A model generated the notes under the pieces. The model searched no databases and was not told where the DNA came from. It worked only from the letters and a program-made list of their open reading frames with translations. 64,000 nucleotides of DNA from Rhodothermales bacterium (GTDB lineage: Bacteria; Bacteroidota; Rhodothermia; Rhodothermales; JANQRZ01). Shown one piece after another: positions 19,116 through 28,161 of the stretch. How positions within the stretch are numbered: the stretch's first letter is position 1; every line of letters starts with the position of its first letter. The DNA lies in assembly GCA_028284265.1 (NCBI GenBank), contig JANQRZ010000006.1, positions 327,472 to 391,471 on the forward strand. Direction: 5' to 3'. The translations under genes were made by a program, and so were the position numbers.

Positions 19116-19409
19116 ATGTCTTCCAACGCGATCACACACGAAAAACTATGGGCTATCGCTCCCAAGCTTCCTGAGGACTACGCTCCTTGGGGTGAGGTCG
19201 TCCGGTGGGCCGACGAGGCGGACGCCTATCCCGACTGTTCCTGCGGATGCGCCTTCGCTGCTTGGCTCGACGGTGCGCACGGGGCTGACTGGTGCGTTTG
19301 CACGAACCCCGCCAGCCACCGAACCGGACTGCTGACGTTCGAGCACCAAGGTTGCCAAGCGTTCGAACCAGAGCGCGACTTCAACTCTGCGTCTGAATTG
19401 GGGACGTAG
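19116..19409 (+). CDS. Cys/His-rich hypothetical protein
   Basis: ATG start, 97 aa, with the cluster DCSCGC...WCVC...H...H.GC. Bracketed by repeat copies 1 and 2. Confidence 0.45.
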   Translation: MSSNAITHEKLWAIAPKLPEDYAPWGEVVRWADEADAYPDCSCGCAFAAWLDGAHGADWCVCTNPASHRTGLLTFEHQGCQAFEPERDFNSASELGT

Positions 19410-19436
19410 GGCAAATCCCAGCACCCCGTCTCCACC

Positions 19437-19584
19437 TGTCATCCCGAGCGCAGTCGAGGAAACGAAGTTCGGCGAAGCCCATCTCTACGGAAGAAGCGAT
19501 GCAGACTAGCGCACGAAGTCGCGATATACTTGACCGCCGTACCCGGAGAAGTCCATTCGACTCGCTTTGCTCGCTCAGGATGAC
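19437..19584. repeat. Palindromic MITE/REP-like element, copy 2
   Basis: Ends TGTCATCCCGAGCGCAGTCGAGG ... CGACTCGCTTTGCTCGCTCAGGATGAC. Confidence 0.8.
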
Positions 19585-19603
19585 GTTGTGGAGGAGGTCT
19601 CGC

Positions 19604-20110
19604 TCAGGCCCGCGTTAGCCGACGGATGACGGCCTCATGCTCGGGGTACTGCGCCAGGAGCGCGGCCCGCGACGGAGCCTCGAAGTCGGCGAACTCGAAG
19701 CCGGGGGCGACCGTGCAGCCGACGAGTGCGAACGCCGCCGGGTCATCGACCGTGGCGGCGAAGTAGGTGCCGCCGGGAATGGTGATCTGGAACTGCTGGT
19801 CCGGGAAGGCCCGACCGAGGTGGAGCCGCGCGTAGGTCCCCGCCGCGTCGAGCGTGTGGAGGGTCAGGGGGCTGCCCTCGTAGAAGTGCCACGTCTCGTC
19901 CTGCCGGACGCGGTGGAAGGCCGAGAAGTCGTCGCCCGGCAGGAGGTAGTAGATCGAGGTGGCGAAGGTGCGCGGGCCGTCGAAGCGCTGGGGCAGGCCG
20001 TGCGCTGGAATCGACTCGGCGGCGCGGTAGACCTCGCGGTACCAGCCGCCCTCCTCGGGCAGCGGCTCCAGCCCAAGTGCGTCGATCCAGTACCGAGCGT
20101 CGTTCATCAT
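19604..20110 (-). CDS. Cupin (DUF985) family protein
   Basis: LGLEPLPEEGGWYREVYR...SIYYLL...FHRV..DETWHFYEG is typical of DUF985 cupins. Confidence 0.75.
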   Translation of the reverse strand: MMNDARYWIDALGLEPLPEEGGWYREVYRAAESIPAHGLPQRFDGPRTFATSIYYLLPGDDFSAFHRVRQDETWHFYEGSPLTLHTLDAAGTYARLHLGRAFPDQQFQITIPGGTYFAATVDDPAAFALVGCTVAPGFEFADFEAPSRAALLAQYPEHEAVIRRLTRA

Positions 20111-20141
20111 CGACTGGCATGTACGTATTGAACTTTATTCT

Positions 20142-20714
20142 TTACATGACATGAGTCGGCCAAAGCTCTTCAATCTTTCGATAGATGTCCATTAGTATGA
20201 ATTTGTCCCTTCCGATGGCATCTTTCAGATCTCTGGGGAAGCGTGCCATGTCGTCGTATGTGTCCAGTATGACGAACTCTACTCTACTTCTATCGAACGA
20301 AAAGGCATGAGGGACGCGCCATTCTCTTTCATGTGCGTAGTCCACTGTTCTTCCCCCTAAGAATTCCTGTGTCCGGAGATGACGAGGACGATAGCCTGGC
20401 CAAAAAGGAGTGACAAACGGATAAACATCCGCCGCCCATTGCTGTGCCTGAAAATGATCAGCTCTCACATAGTAAGCCGGTCCGCCACCTGCAGCGAAAA
20501 CATGATGCTTTCCGAAGCCCACGCCATAAGGTGAATAGTTCTGAACGTGGCTTAATAGACTGGACCAAGGGCACTCTGTAAAGCACACAGCGGGCCGGCC
20601 TGTCCAAGGAAGTTCGCCTGCTCTAATCTCCTCGTCTCGAAGAATCGAAACTAAGTTATCGTATGCGCTATCCCCTTTACTGAAATGGGCTAGGTACTTT
20701 GAGTCTCCGTTCAT
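20142..20714 (-). CDS. AbiGi-like (abortive-infection antitoxin family) orphan protein
   Basis: 190 aa, visibly AT-richer. LAHFSKGD..NLVSILRDEEI, VCFTECPWS, YSPYGVGFGKHHV and YAHEREWRVP resemble PF10899. This is from memory with no HMM run. Confidence 0.5.
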   Translation of the reverse strand: MNGDSKYLAHFSKGDSAYDNLVSILRDEEIRAGELPWTGRPAVCFTECPWSSLLSHVQNYSPYGVGFGKHHVFAAGGGPAYYVRADHFQAQQWAADVYPFVTPFWPGYRPRHLRTQEFLGGRTVDYAHEREWRVPHAFSFDRSRVEFVILDTYDDMARFPRDLKDAIGRDKFILMDIYRKIEELWPTHVM

Positions 20715-20857
20715 TTCTTCTTATGACTATTGAGTGGGGATGTCGCTGCCCAAAATAAGCGACTCACTGTTTCGTCCTGCGGTGTCACGCCAGCATGTTA
20801 TCTGAGTGGAACGGCCCGGCGCGTGCGGCGTGTCCGAAGAAATCCGGACCGATGCCC

Positions 20858-22534
20858 ATGAAAATCGCCCTCTGCCAGATCAACCCCACCGTCGGCGACC
20901 TCGCCGGGAACCACGCGAGGATCGTCGCCTTCGCCCGCCGCGCCGCCGAGGCCGGGGCCGACCTCGCTGTCTTCCCCGAGCTGTGCGTCGTCGGCTACCC
21001 GCCGCTCGACCTGCTCGAAAGCGCGGCGTTCCTCGACGACGTGGAACGGACGGTCGAGCGGATCGCCGCCGCCGTGCCGCCGGAGATCGGGGTGCTGATC
21101 GGCGCGCCCGTGCGGAACCCGGAGCCGGTCGGCAAGCGGCTGTTCAACGCGGCGCTGCTGTTCGAGGGTGGCGAGAAAGTCGGCGAGGTCCATAAGGTCC
21201 TCCTGCCGACCTACGACGTGTTCGACGAGTACCGCTACTTCGAGCCGGGCGACGTGTGCGAGCCGATTGTCTTTCGCGGCCTCCGCCTCGGGCTGCACGT
21301 CTGCGAGGACATGTGGAATAACGAGGAGCAGGCCGAGGTCCACCTCTACGACGCCAACCCCATCGACGCCCTCGCCGCTGCCGGGGCCGACCTCTACGTC
21401 AACATCTCCGCCTCGCCCTTCGCCCTCGGCAAGCACGAGGCCCGTAACGCCGTCATCGCCGAAAGCTGCCGCGAGCACGACCTCCCGTTCGTCCTCGTCA
21501 ACCAAGTGGGAGCGAACACCGAGATTCTGTTCGACGGCGACAGCCGCGTCCACGCCGCCGACGGCACCCGCATCCTGTGCGCCCCGAGCTTCGAGGAGTA
21601 CCTGCTGATCTGGGACACCGAGGCCGACACCGGTCCGTGTCCGATGAAGCACGAGACGACGGCGGATCTCCACGACGCGCTCGTGATGGGGATTCGGGAC
21701 TACTACCACAAGACCGGTGCGTTCGCCGGGGCGCTCGTCGGCCTCAGCGGCGGGATCGACTCGGCGGTGACGTGCGCGCTCGCGGTCGAGGCGCTCGGGG
21801 CCGAGGCCGTCACCGGGATCACGATGCCGTCGGCCTATTCGTCGACGGGGTCGGTGGACGACTCGCGGGCACTCGCCGACAACCTCGGGATCGCCTTCCA
21901 CGAGGTGCCCATCGTTCCGGCGGTCGATGCCTTTGGAGCGATGCTCGCCGACCTGTTCGCGGGCACCGACGAGGGCGTGGCCGAGGAGAACATCCAAGCG
22001 CGGACGCGCGGCGTGACGCTGATGGCCGTCTCCAACAAGTTCAACTACCTCCTCCTCACGACGGGCAACAAGAGCGAGATGGCGGTCGGCTACGCGACGC
22101 TCTACGGCGACATGAACGGCGGCCTCGCCGTCCTCTCCGACGTGTTCAAGCAGCAGGTCTACGCCCTCGCCGAGCACATCAACCAGCGCGCCGGGCGCGA
22201 GGTGATCCCGCAGAACACCATCACCAAGCCACCCAGCGCCGAGCTTCGCCCCGATCAGAAAGACTCCGACTCGCTCCCGCCCTACGACGTGCTCGACACG
22301 ATCCTCCGGCTCTACATCGAGGACTTGCTCGACCTGCAAGAGATCGTCCACCGCACTGACTTCGACCCGGCGCTCGTGCGGAAGATTCTGACGATGGTGG
22401 ACCGGAATGAGTACAAGCGGCGGCAGGCCGCGCCGGGCCTCCGCGTCTCGGCGAAGGCCTTCGGCTACGGCCGCCGCATTCCGATTGTGATGAAGCGCAC
22501 CCGCTCGCTGTCGGAAGCGGAGACGACAGACTGA
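20858..22534 (+). CDS. nadE: Glutamine-dependent NAD+ synthetase
   Basis: N-terminal CN-hydrolase domain (MKIALCQINP...FPEL...CEDMW) followed by an NAD synthase domain (GLSGGIDSAV, TTGNKSE). ATG 20858 is preferred. Confidence 0.9.
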   Translation: MKIALCQINPTVGDLAGNHARIVAFARRAAEAGADLAVFPELCVVGYPPLDLLESAAFLDDVERTVERIAAAVPPEIGVLIGAPVRNPEPVGKRLFNAALLFEGGEKVGEVHKVLLPTYDVFDEYRYFEPGDVCEPIVFRGLRLGLHVCEDMWNNEEQAEVHLYDANPIDALAAAGADLYVNISASPFALGKHEARNAVIAESCREHDLPFVLVNQVGANTEILFDGDSRVHAADGTRILCAPSFEEYLLIWDTEADTGPCPMKHETTADLHDALVMGIRDYYHKTGAFAGALVGLSGGIDSAVTCALAVEALGAEAVTGITMPSAYSSTGSVDDSRALADNLGIAFHEVPIVPAVDAFGAMLADLFAGTDEGVAEENIQARTRGVTLMAVSNKFNYLLLTTGNKSEMAVGYATLYGDMNGGLAVLSDVFKQQVYALAEHINQRAGREVIPQNTITKPPSAELRPDQKDSDSLPPYDVLDTILRLYIEDLLDLQEIVHRTDFDPALVRKILTMVDRNEYKRRQAAPGLRVSAKAFGYGRRIPIVMKRTRSLSEAETTD

Positions 22535-22557
22535 ACTACAAGCTAAAAAATCATCTT

Positions 22558-22642
22558 GTCATTGCGAGGAGCGAAGCGACGAAGCAATCTCCTGACCTAG
22601 CCTCCTCTCTCTGGAGATTGCTTCGCTACGCTCGCAATGACA
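22558..22642. repeat. Palindromic MITE/REP-like element, copy 3 (between convergent genes)
   Basis: TGTCATTGCGAGGAGCGAAGCGACGAAGCAATCTCC ... GGAGATTGCTTCGCTACGCTCGCAATGACA. Confidence 0.85.
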
Positions 22643-22657
22643 GTTTCGGTGTAGAGC

Positions 22658-23212
22658 CTACTGCTGAGACGACGGCGGCACGAGGCCGTTCATCCGCATG
22701 TAGGTCACGAGGTTGCCGTAGTGCTCGTAGTTGTGCGACGAGTTGAACGCGAGCACCGCCGAGGCCGCCATGTCGTTGCCGAACATGTTGCGCATCTCGG
22801 TCCCCTGCGCGTCGGTCATGCCGTCGTAGACACCTGCGCAGTAGGCAAACGCGCCTTCGAGCGCGGCCATGATGTCGGCTTTTGTCGTGGCCGCCTCCTC
22901 GAAGTTGGACTCGTTGGGGTTGTCGCTCCCGGCTGCCGACGAGCAGAAGAAATACTGGGCGTTGGCGATGTGGGCCAGTAGGCCGCCCGCCGTCCGCACG
23001 TCCTCAGTTGGCTGGTAGGCGTACATCTCGTCGTCGAGCATCTCGGCCGTACTCATGATGTGCCCGGCGGTGATCTGATGCAAGCCCTTCAGGCTCATCA
23101 GGACCGGCGAGTCGGCTTTTTCCATAGCCATCCCGTCGTCCTGGGCAAGCGCGGTTCCTGAAAGGACGCAGAGGACGAGGAGGGCGTGCGTGAGGGTGCG
23201 GAGCGTGTGCAT
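22658..23212 (-). CDS. DinB-family protein, secreted
   Basis: Signal peptide ...SGTALAQ. HIANAQYFF and SSHNYEHYGNLVTYMR form a DinB-type His triad. Confidence 0.75.
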   Translation of the reverse strand: MHTLRTLTHALLVLCVLSGTALAQDDGMAMEKADSPVLMSLKGLHQITAGHIMSTAEMLDDEMYAYQPTEDVRTAGGLLAHIANAQYFFCSSAAGSDNPNESNFEEAATTKADIMAALEGAFAYCAGVYDGMTDAQGTEMRNMFGNDMAASAVLAFNSSHNYEHYGNLVTYMRMNGLVPPSSQQ

Positions 23213-23335
23213 GGGCGGAGGGGTTTGGGGAGCAGGGAGGCGTTCGTCAAGATAACAAGGCCGCCCCACTACCAAAACGAGAGGTCCCGCCAGCGCACCG
23301 ACGGGACCTCTTGACTCAGCGGAGATTGCTCTGGG

Positions 23336-24073
23336 TCAGGCACCCATGCCGCCATCGACCGAGAGTTCGGCTCCGGTGACGTAGCTCGCTCCCGGCGACG
23401 CGAAGAACGCGACGGCGGCGGCGACTTCTTCTGCGGTCCCGTACCGACCGAGTGCCGTCATCCCGGCTTGCATCGGGGCGTACTCCCCGTCCGCCGGGTT
23501 CATGTCGGTGTCGATGGGGCCGGGATGGACCACGTTGACCGTGATGCCGCGCGCCCCGAACTCACGCGACCACGAGCGCGACATTGAGGCGACGGCGGCC
23601 TTGCTCGCGCCGTAGACGCTTGCGCCGGGGAAGCCACGCAGCCCGGCGATGCTGCCGACCGTGACAATCCGTCCACCGTCCGAGAGGTGCCCGGCCGCGG
23701 CCCGCACGGCCTCGAAGACGGCCCGGACGTTCGTGTCGATGTTGGCGGCGAAGAGGCTGTCCTCCGAGTCGGCAACGGGCGCGACGTGGTAGACGCCCGC
23801 GTTGTTGACCAAGATGTCGAGCTTGCCGAACCGCTCGACGACCGCATCGATGAGCTTCGCGGCAGCGCCCGTCTCATCGGCGCTGAATTGGAACGCCTCG
23901 GCTTCGACGCCGTGACCGCGCAGCTCCTCGGCGATGGCGTTGGCGGCGTCGGCGGAGTTGTTGTAGGTGAGAGCGATGTGGGCACCGTCCGAGGCGAGGC
24001 GGCGGGCGATGGCGGCACCGATGCCGCGGCTTCCGCCGGTGACGAGGGCGACTTTGCTAGAGAGATCAGACAT
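23336..24073 (-). CDS. SDR-family oxidoreductase
   Basis: VALVTGGSRGIGAAIA, NNAG and YGASKAAV motifs. ATG 24073 is preferred. Confidence 0.9.
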   Translation of the reverse strand: MSDLSSKVALVTGGSRGIGAAIARRLASDGAHIALTYNNSADAANAIAEELRGHGVEAEAFQFSADETGAAAKLIDAVVERFGKLDILVNNAGVYHVAPVADSEDSLFAANIDTNVRAVFEAVRAAAGHLSDGGRIVTVGSIAGLRGFPGASVYGASKAAVASMSRSWSREFGARGITVNVVHPGPIDTDMNPADGEYAPMQAGMTALGRYGTAEEVAAAVAFFASPGASYVTGAELSVDGGMGA

Positions 24074-24167
24074 GAGGATGAGGGCTAGACTGCCGGAGCA
24101 GTATGATTTGGAATGATCGTTCCTGATTACTCTAGCCTCGATAGTCTGTTCCAACAGATACCGGATT

Positions 24168-24749
24168 TTATTCCAACACCCGCAGCGTCTGGTCCACCAC
24201 GTCCTGCAATACTGCCTTCGGCGGGCCGAGCCGAGCTGTCGCCTTCAGCCCGTAGACAGCATTGGTGAGAAAACGGGCGAGGGCGCGTATGTCGCGGTCG
24301 GTGCCCAACGCGCCCGCCTCCTGCGCCCGGCCCAGCACGCGCTCGAAGGTTTGCTGCATCCCGGCGAGCGCAGCCTCGGCACGTCGGGCCGTCTCGGCGT
24401 CCGTCGGGCCACGCTCGACGGTGGCGTTGGCGAGGAGGCAACCCCGGCAGTCGGCATCGGTCGCGGCATAGTCCACGATGGACTGGAAGTAGCGCCGGAG
24501 CGCAGCCAGCGGCTCCGTCTCCGACTCGCGCAGGAGCCGCGCCTCGCCCTCACCCTGCTGGCGGTACCGGTCGAGTGCCGCGAGCCAGAGCGCCTGTTTG
24601 TCGCCGAAGGTCTGGTAGAGCGAACTGCGGCTGATCCCGAGGTGGTCCACGAGGTCCTGCACGGAGACGGATTCGTAGCCGCGCTGCCAGAACAGGTCGA
24701 TGGCGCGGTCGAGCACGACGTCGGGGTCGAAGGCTTTAGATCGGGGCAT
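24168..24749 (-). CDS. TetR/AcrR-family transcriptional regulator
   Basis: N-terminal HTH AIDLFWQRGYESVSVQDLVDHLGISRSSLYQTFGDK. Adjacent to the SDR gene. Confidence 0.85.
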   Translation of the reverse strand: MPRSKAFDPDVVLDRAIDLFWQRGYESVSVQDLVDHLGISRSSLYQTFGDKQALWLAALDRYRQQGEGEARLLRESETEPLAALRRYFQSIVDYAATDADCRGCLLANATVERGPTDAETARRAEAALAGMQQTFERVLGRAQEAGALGTDRDIRALARFLTNAVYGLKATARLGPPKAVLQDVVDQTLRVLE

Positions 24750-25063
24750 GAGCGCGTGGGAGATGGAGAGACTGTTTGGCGGGACGACTATCGGGCTGCG
24801 CGGGGTCGCTGAAGTCACTCGCGACGTTTCCCTCGTCGCCCGATGCTATGGCATCTGGGTGGAGTCGCTTCGCTCCTTGATGCTTCGCGTTCTCGGGTGC
24901 CTTGCGAGGTGGCTCCATCGGCTCCCGCTTGCCTGCGAAGGTGCCCACCAAACAGTCTCTGAGTTGTGGAACGCTCGGTCTCGATTCAGGTTCGCCCCGC
25001 TGACGATCCGCTGTCACCCGGCCTGCGTACCTTGGCCCGACTCACCACTCTCGATGCCTCGCT

Positions 25064-25654
25064 GTGATTACCTACGTCTCCGGCACCCTCGCCCAGAAGT
25101 CGCCCACCGAAGCCGTCGTGGACGTGCAGGGCCTTGGCTACGAGGTGCTCATTCCGACCTCGTCCTACGAGAAGCTGCCCGCCGTCGGCAAGCCGGCCAA
25201 GCTGCTCACCCACCACCATGTCCGTGAGGATGCGGTCACCCTCTTCGGCTTCGCCACCGATGCCGAGCGCACGCTCTTTCGTACCCTTGTCAGCGTCTCG
25301 GGCGTCGGCCCCAAGCTCGCCCTGGCCGCCCTCTCGGCCATGACGCCCGATGCGCTCCGCGACCACATCCTCGAAGGCGATGCGAGCGTGCTTACCCGCA
25401 TCCCCGGCGTCGGTAAGAAGACCGCCGAGCGTCTGGTGGTCGAACTCAGGGACCGCTTGGCAAACATGGACGGGTTCGAGGGGGCGACGACCGTCGGCGG
25501 CGACGGAACGGCAAGCGTTCGGGCCGATGCCCGTGCCGCGCTCGAATCGCTCGGCTTCGGTCGCGCAGAGGCGGAGAAGCGCATCCGCAAGGCCCTCCGC
25601 GACCACGACGGAGCCGTGACCGCGGAGGAACTGATCCGCCTCGCGCTGCGATAG
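25064..25654 (+). CDS. ruvA: Holliday junction branch-migration complex subunit RuvA
   Basis: GTG start. MITYVSGTL...VDVQGLGYEV and the HhH motifs VSGVGPKLA and IPGVGKKTAERL. Confidence 0.9.
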   Translation: MITYVSGTLAQKSPTEAVVDVQGLGYEVLIPTSSYEKLPAVGKPAKLLTHHHVREDAVTLFGFATDAERTLFRTLVSVSGVGPKLALAALSAMTPDALRDHILEGDASVLTRIPGVGKKTAERLVVELRDRLANMDGFEGATTVGGDGTASVRADARAALESLGFGRAEAEKRIRKALRDHDGAVTAEELIRLALR

Positions 25655-25685
25655 AGCCGCACGTCTCTTAACGCTGTCGTAAAGC

Positions 25686-26468
25686 ATGAACCGACCAGAG
25701 GGCCTACATTCAAGGCTGGCCTCTCACTCATCCTCCCGCATCATCGTGGCCGATCCTTCGTTCGACCTCTCCTCTGGGACGGTGCTCCTCGTCGACGACG
25801 AGGAAGACCTGCTCGAACTGCTCTCCTATGCGCTCCAGCGCGAGGGCTTCGATGTGCTCACGGCGCAGGACGGCGTCGAGGCCCTCCACACGGCTAAGGC
25901 CGAGCGCCCCGACCTCATCGTGCTGGACATCATGATGCCGAAGATGGACGGCATCGAGACATGCCAGCGGCTCCGGGAAGACGCCCAGCTTCGCCTCGTC
26001 CCGATCCTCATGCTGACGGCCCGGAGCCAAGAGCGCGACGAAATCCTCGGCCTCGACGCCGGGGCCGACGACTACCTCACCAAGCCGACCTCGCCCAATC
26101 TGCTCGTTTCGCGCGTCCGCGCCCTCCTGCGACGCAGCGAGCGTGCCGAGGCCGCGACCACAAGCCAGCTTCGTGTCCACGGCCTCGTGATCGACCGCGA
26201 CCGCTACCTCGTCACCCGTGAGGCGGACGGCACGACCGAGGAGTTCCGCCTGCCGCGCAAGGAGTTCGAGTTGCTCTACTTCTTGGCCTCGCACCCCGGC
26301 AAGGTGTTTACCCGCGAGGAGTTGCTCAACCACGTCTGGGGGCCGGATGTCTACGTCGTCGACCGGACGGTGGACGTACACGTCCGTAAGATTCGGGAGA
26401 AGCTCGGCAGCGAAACCATCGAGACAGTCAAGGGCATCGGCTACAAGTTGGCGGAGTCGCTGGCGTAG
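25686..26468 (+). CDS. OmpR/PhoB-family response regulator
   Basis: Receiver domain (LLVDDEED...DLIVLDIMMPKMDG) plus a winged-helix output domain (EFELLYFLASHPGKVFTREELL...GIGYKL). A shorter GTG 25746 start is possible. Confidence 0.9.
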   Translation: MNRPEGLHSRLASHSSSRIIVADPSFDLSSGTVLLVDDEEDLLELLSYALQREGFDVLTAQDGVEALHTAKAERPDLIVLDIMMPKMDGIETCQRLREDAQLRLVPILMLTARSQERDEILGLDAGADDYLTKPTSPNLLVSRVRALLRRSERAEAATTSQLRVHGLVIDRDRYLVTREADGTTEEFRLPRKEFELLYFLASHPGKVFTREELLNHVWGPDVYVVDRTVDVHVRKIREKLGSETIETVKGIGYKLAESLA

Positions 26469-26489
26469 CTTTCGGCTTCGCTCGATGCC

Positions 26490-27608
26490 TTGCTTCTCGT
26501 GGCCGCTGTTCCTCCTGCTCCACTCCTGCCCGATCCGCCGCCCGTGCGGCGCGTCAACCGTCTTGCACTCAAGGCGGCGGTCGTGACCGCGACCGTGACG
26601 GCGGGTGTGGCGTTCGTCCTACTGCTCGCAGCACCGCACTGGGGATGGGCGGCGGCTCCGCTCGTCGGGCTAGCGGCTGGGGTGGCGGCGTATGTGATGG
26701 TCCAAGTGCTCGTGGCACGACGGCTGGAGTTGGCGCGGGCCACGCTGCGGTCGGCGCGCAAGCGGCGGTTCGAGGCGCTCGGCCAGCTTCGGGCCGCCGA
26801 GGACCGGGACGAACTCGACGAACTCCTCTGGCAGGTCTACCGGGCCGGACGCACCCTCCAGCAAGAGATCGAGCGGTTGGAGCAGATCGAAGACTACCGG
26901 CGCGAGTTCTTGGGCAACGTCTCGCACGAACTCAAAACGCCCATCTTCGTCATCTCCGGCTTCGCCGAACAGCTTCTTGACGGGGCGCTCGATGACCCCG
27001 CCGTCAACCGCCGGTTCATCGACAAAATCGGGCGCAATGCCCAGCGGCTGGACAACCTCGCCCGCGACCTGCTTGCCATCTCGCGCATCGAGAGCGGCGA
27101 GTTGAAAATGACGCAGGCCGCGTTCGATCTGGCGGCCCTCATCGAGGAGATCGTGGAGTATCTGGAGCCGGTGGCGGAAGCCAAGGAAGCGACCATCCTC
27201 CGCCGCGTGCCTACCGACCTGCCCCTCGTCACCGGCGACCGCGACCAGTTGCGGCAGGTGTTGGGCAACCTCGTGGACAATGCCATCAAGTACAACAACG
27301 CGGGCGGGCGCGTCGAGGTGGCTGCCAAGGTGACGCCCGAAGGCAAGGTGCGCATCAGCGTCGTGGACGACGGGATCGGGATTCCTGCGGAGGAGGTTCC
27401 GCGCCTCACCGAGCGGTTCTACCGGGTGGACCGGAGCCGGAGTCGGTCGCAGGGCGGTACGGGCTTGGGTCTGGCTATCGTCAAGCACATCATCGAGGCA
27501 CACGGGCAGCGTCTCCGCATCGAGAGTCGGCCCGATTATGGCTCGTCTTTTTCGTTCGAGTTGCCCCTAGCTGCCGTCGATTCCGTTGTTCCATCGTCTC
27601 TTACCTAG
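26490..27608 (+). CDS. Sensor histidine kinase (PhoR-like architecture)
   Basis: H-box FLGNVSHELKTPI, N-box DNAIKYN, G-boxes DDGIGIP and GGTGLGLAI. The start is uncertain (TTG 26490 or GTG 26544). Confidence 0.85.
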   Translation: MLLVAAVPPAPLLPDPPPVRRVNRLALKAAVVTATVTAGVAFVLLLAAPHWGWAAAPLVGLAAGVAAYVMVQVLVARRLELARATLRSARKRRFEALGQLRAAEDRDELDELLWQVYRAGRTLQQEIERLEQIEDYRREFLGNVSHELKTPIFVISGFAEQLLDGALDDPAVNRRFIDKIGRNAQRLDNLARDLLAISRIESGELKMTQAAFDLAALIEEIVEYLEPVAEAKEATILRRVPTDLPLVTGDRDQLRQVLGNLVDNAIKYNNAGGRVEVAAKVTPEGKVRISVVDDGIGIPAEEVPRLTERFYRVDRSRSRSQGGTGLGLAIVKHIIEAHGQRLRIESRPDYGSSFSFELPLAAVDSVVPSSLT

Positions 27609-27611
27609 ACG

Positions 27612-28151
27612 ATGGTCGTCGGAACAAATGCACGACTTCCGGCTGCATACCTAACCCACTCAACGTCTGATGCCGTGAGCACGCTTGCCAATCTCATCAA
27701 GCAGGACCGCTTTGCCTCGCCCGCCCACGAGGCGCTGCTGAACGTGATGGTCACGCACCCCTACGTCATGGGCGCGCTGGCCGAGGTGATGGGCGACTTC
27801 GACTTGACACCCGCCCAGTACAACGTGCTTCGCATCCTCCGAGGCTCCCACCCTGAGCGGGCGACGTGTAGCTACATCGGTGAGCGCCTGATGGACCGGA
27901 CGCCGGACGTGACGCGCCTCCTCGACCGCCTCGGCGCGGCGGGTCTCGTGGACCGCGCCCGCGCCAAGCACGACCGCCGCGTCGTCGAGGTGTGGATAAC
28001 AGAAGCGGGTCTGGACCGACTGCGTGCGCTCGATGAGCCGGTTGACGAGACGATCCGTGCCCTCACCGGAGGTCTCACGGCCGACGAGCAGCGAACACTC
28101 TCGAACCTCCTTGAAAAGCTTCGGCAGAACGTCGAGGTGGCAGCGACCTAA
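27612..28151 (+). CDS. MarR-family transcriptional regulator
   Basis: LTPAQYNVLRIL...LMDRTPDVTRLLDRLGAAGLVDRARAKHDRRVV is a wHTH of the MarR type. Confidence 0.85.
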   Translation: MVVGTNARLPAAYLTHSTSDAVSTLANLIKQDRFASPAHEALLNVMVTHPYVMGALAEVMGDFDLTPAQYNVLRILRGSHPERATCSYIGERLMDRTPDVTRLLDRLGAAGLVDRARAKHDRRVVEVWITEAGLDRLRALDEPVDETIRALTGGLTADEQRTLSNLLEKLRQNVEVAAT

Positions 28152-28161
28152 GGAGCGCGCC

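Noticed and set aside
20798-22351. A 517-aa ORF antisense to nadE.
   Set aside because: It has no recognisable motifs and a composition biased to V, R, D, G and E. It mirrors a well-supported gene, so it is a high-GC antisense artefact.
24819-25063. ORFs spanning the TetR-ruvA divergent intergenic region (24700-25227 plus strand, 24736-25017 minus strand).
   Set aside because: They show no motifs and overlap the real gene starts. The region is more plausibly divergent promoter DNA.
25686-27608. The PhoB/PhoR-like pair considered as the regulator of the TGTCAC arrays or of the PhoD-like gene.
   Set aside because: I found no TGTCAC-type arrays upstream of this pair or of the PhoD-like gene, so no link can be supported from the sequence.
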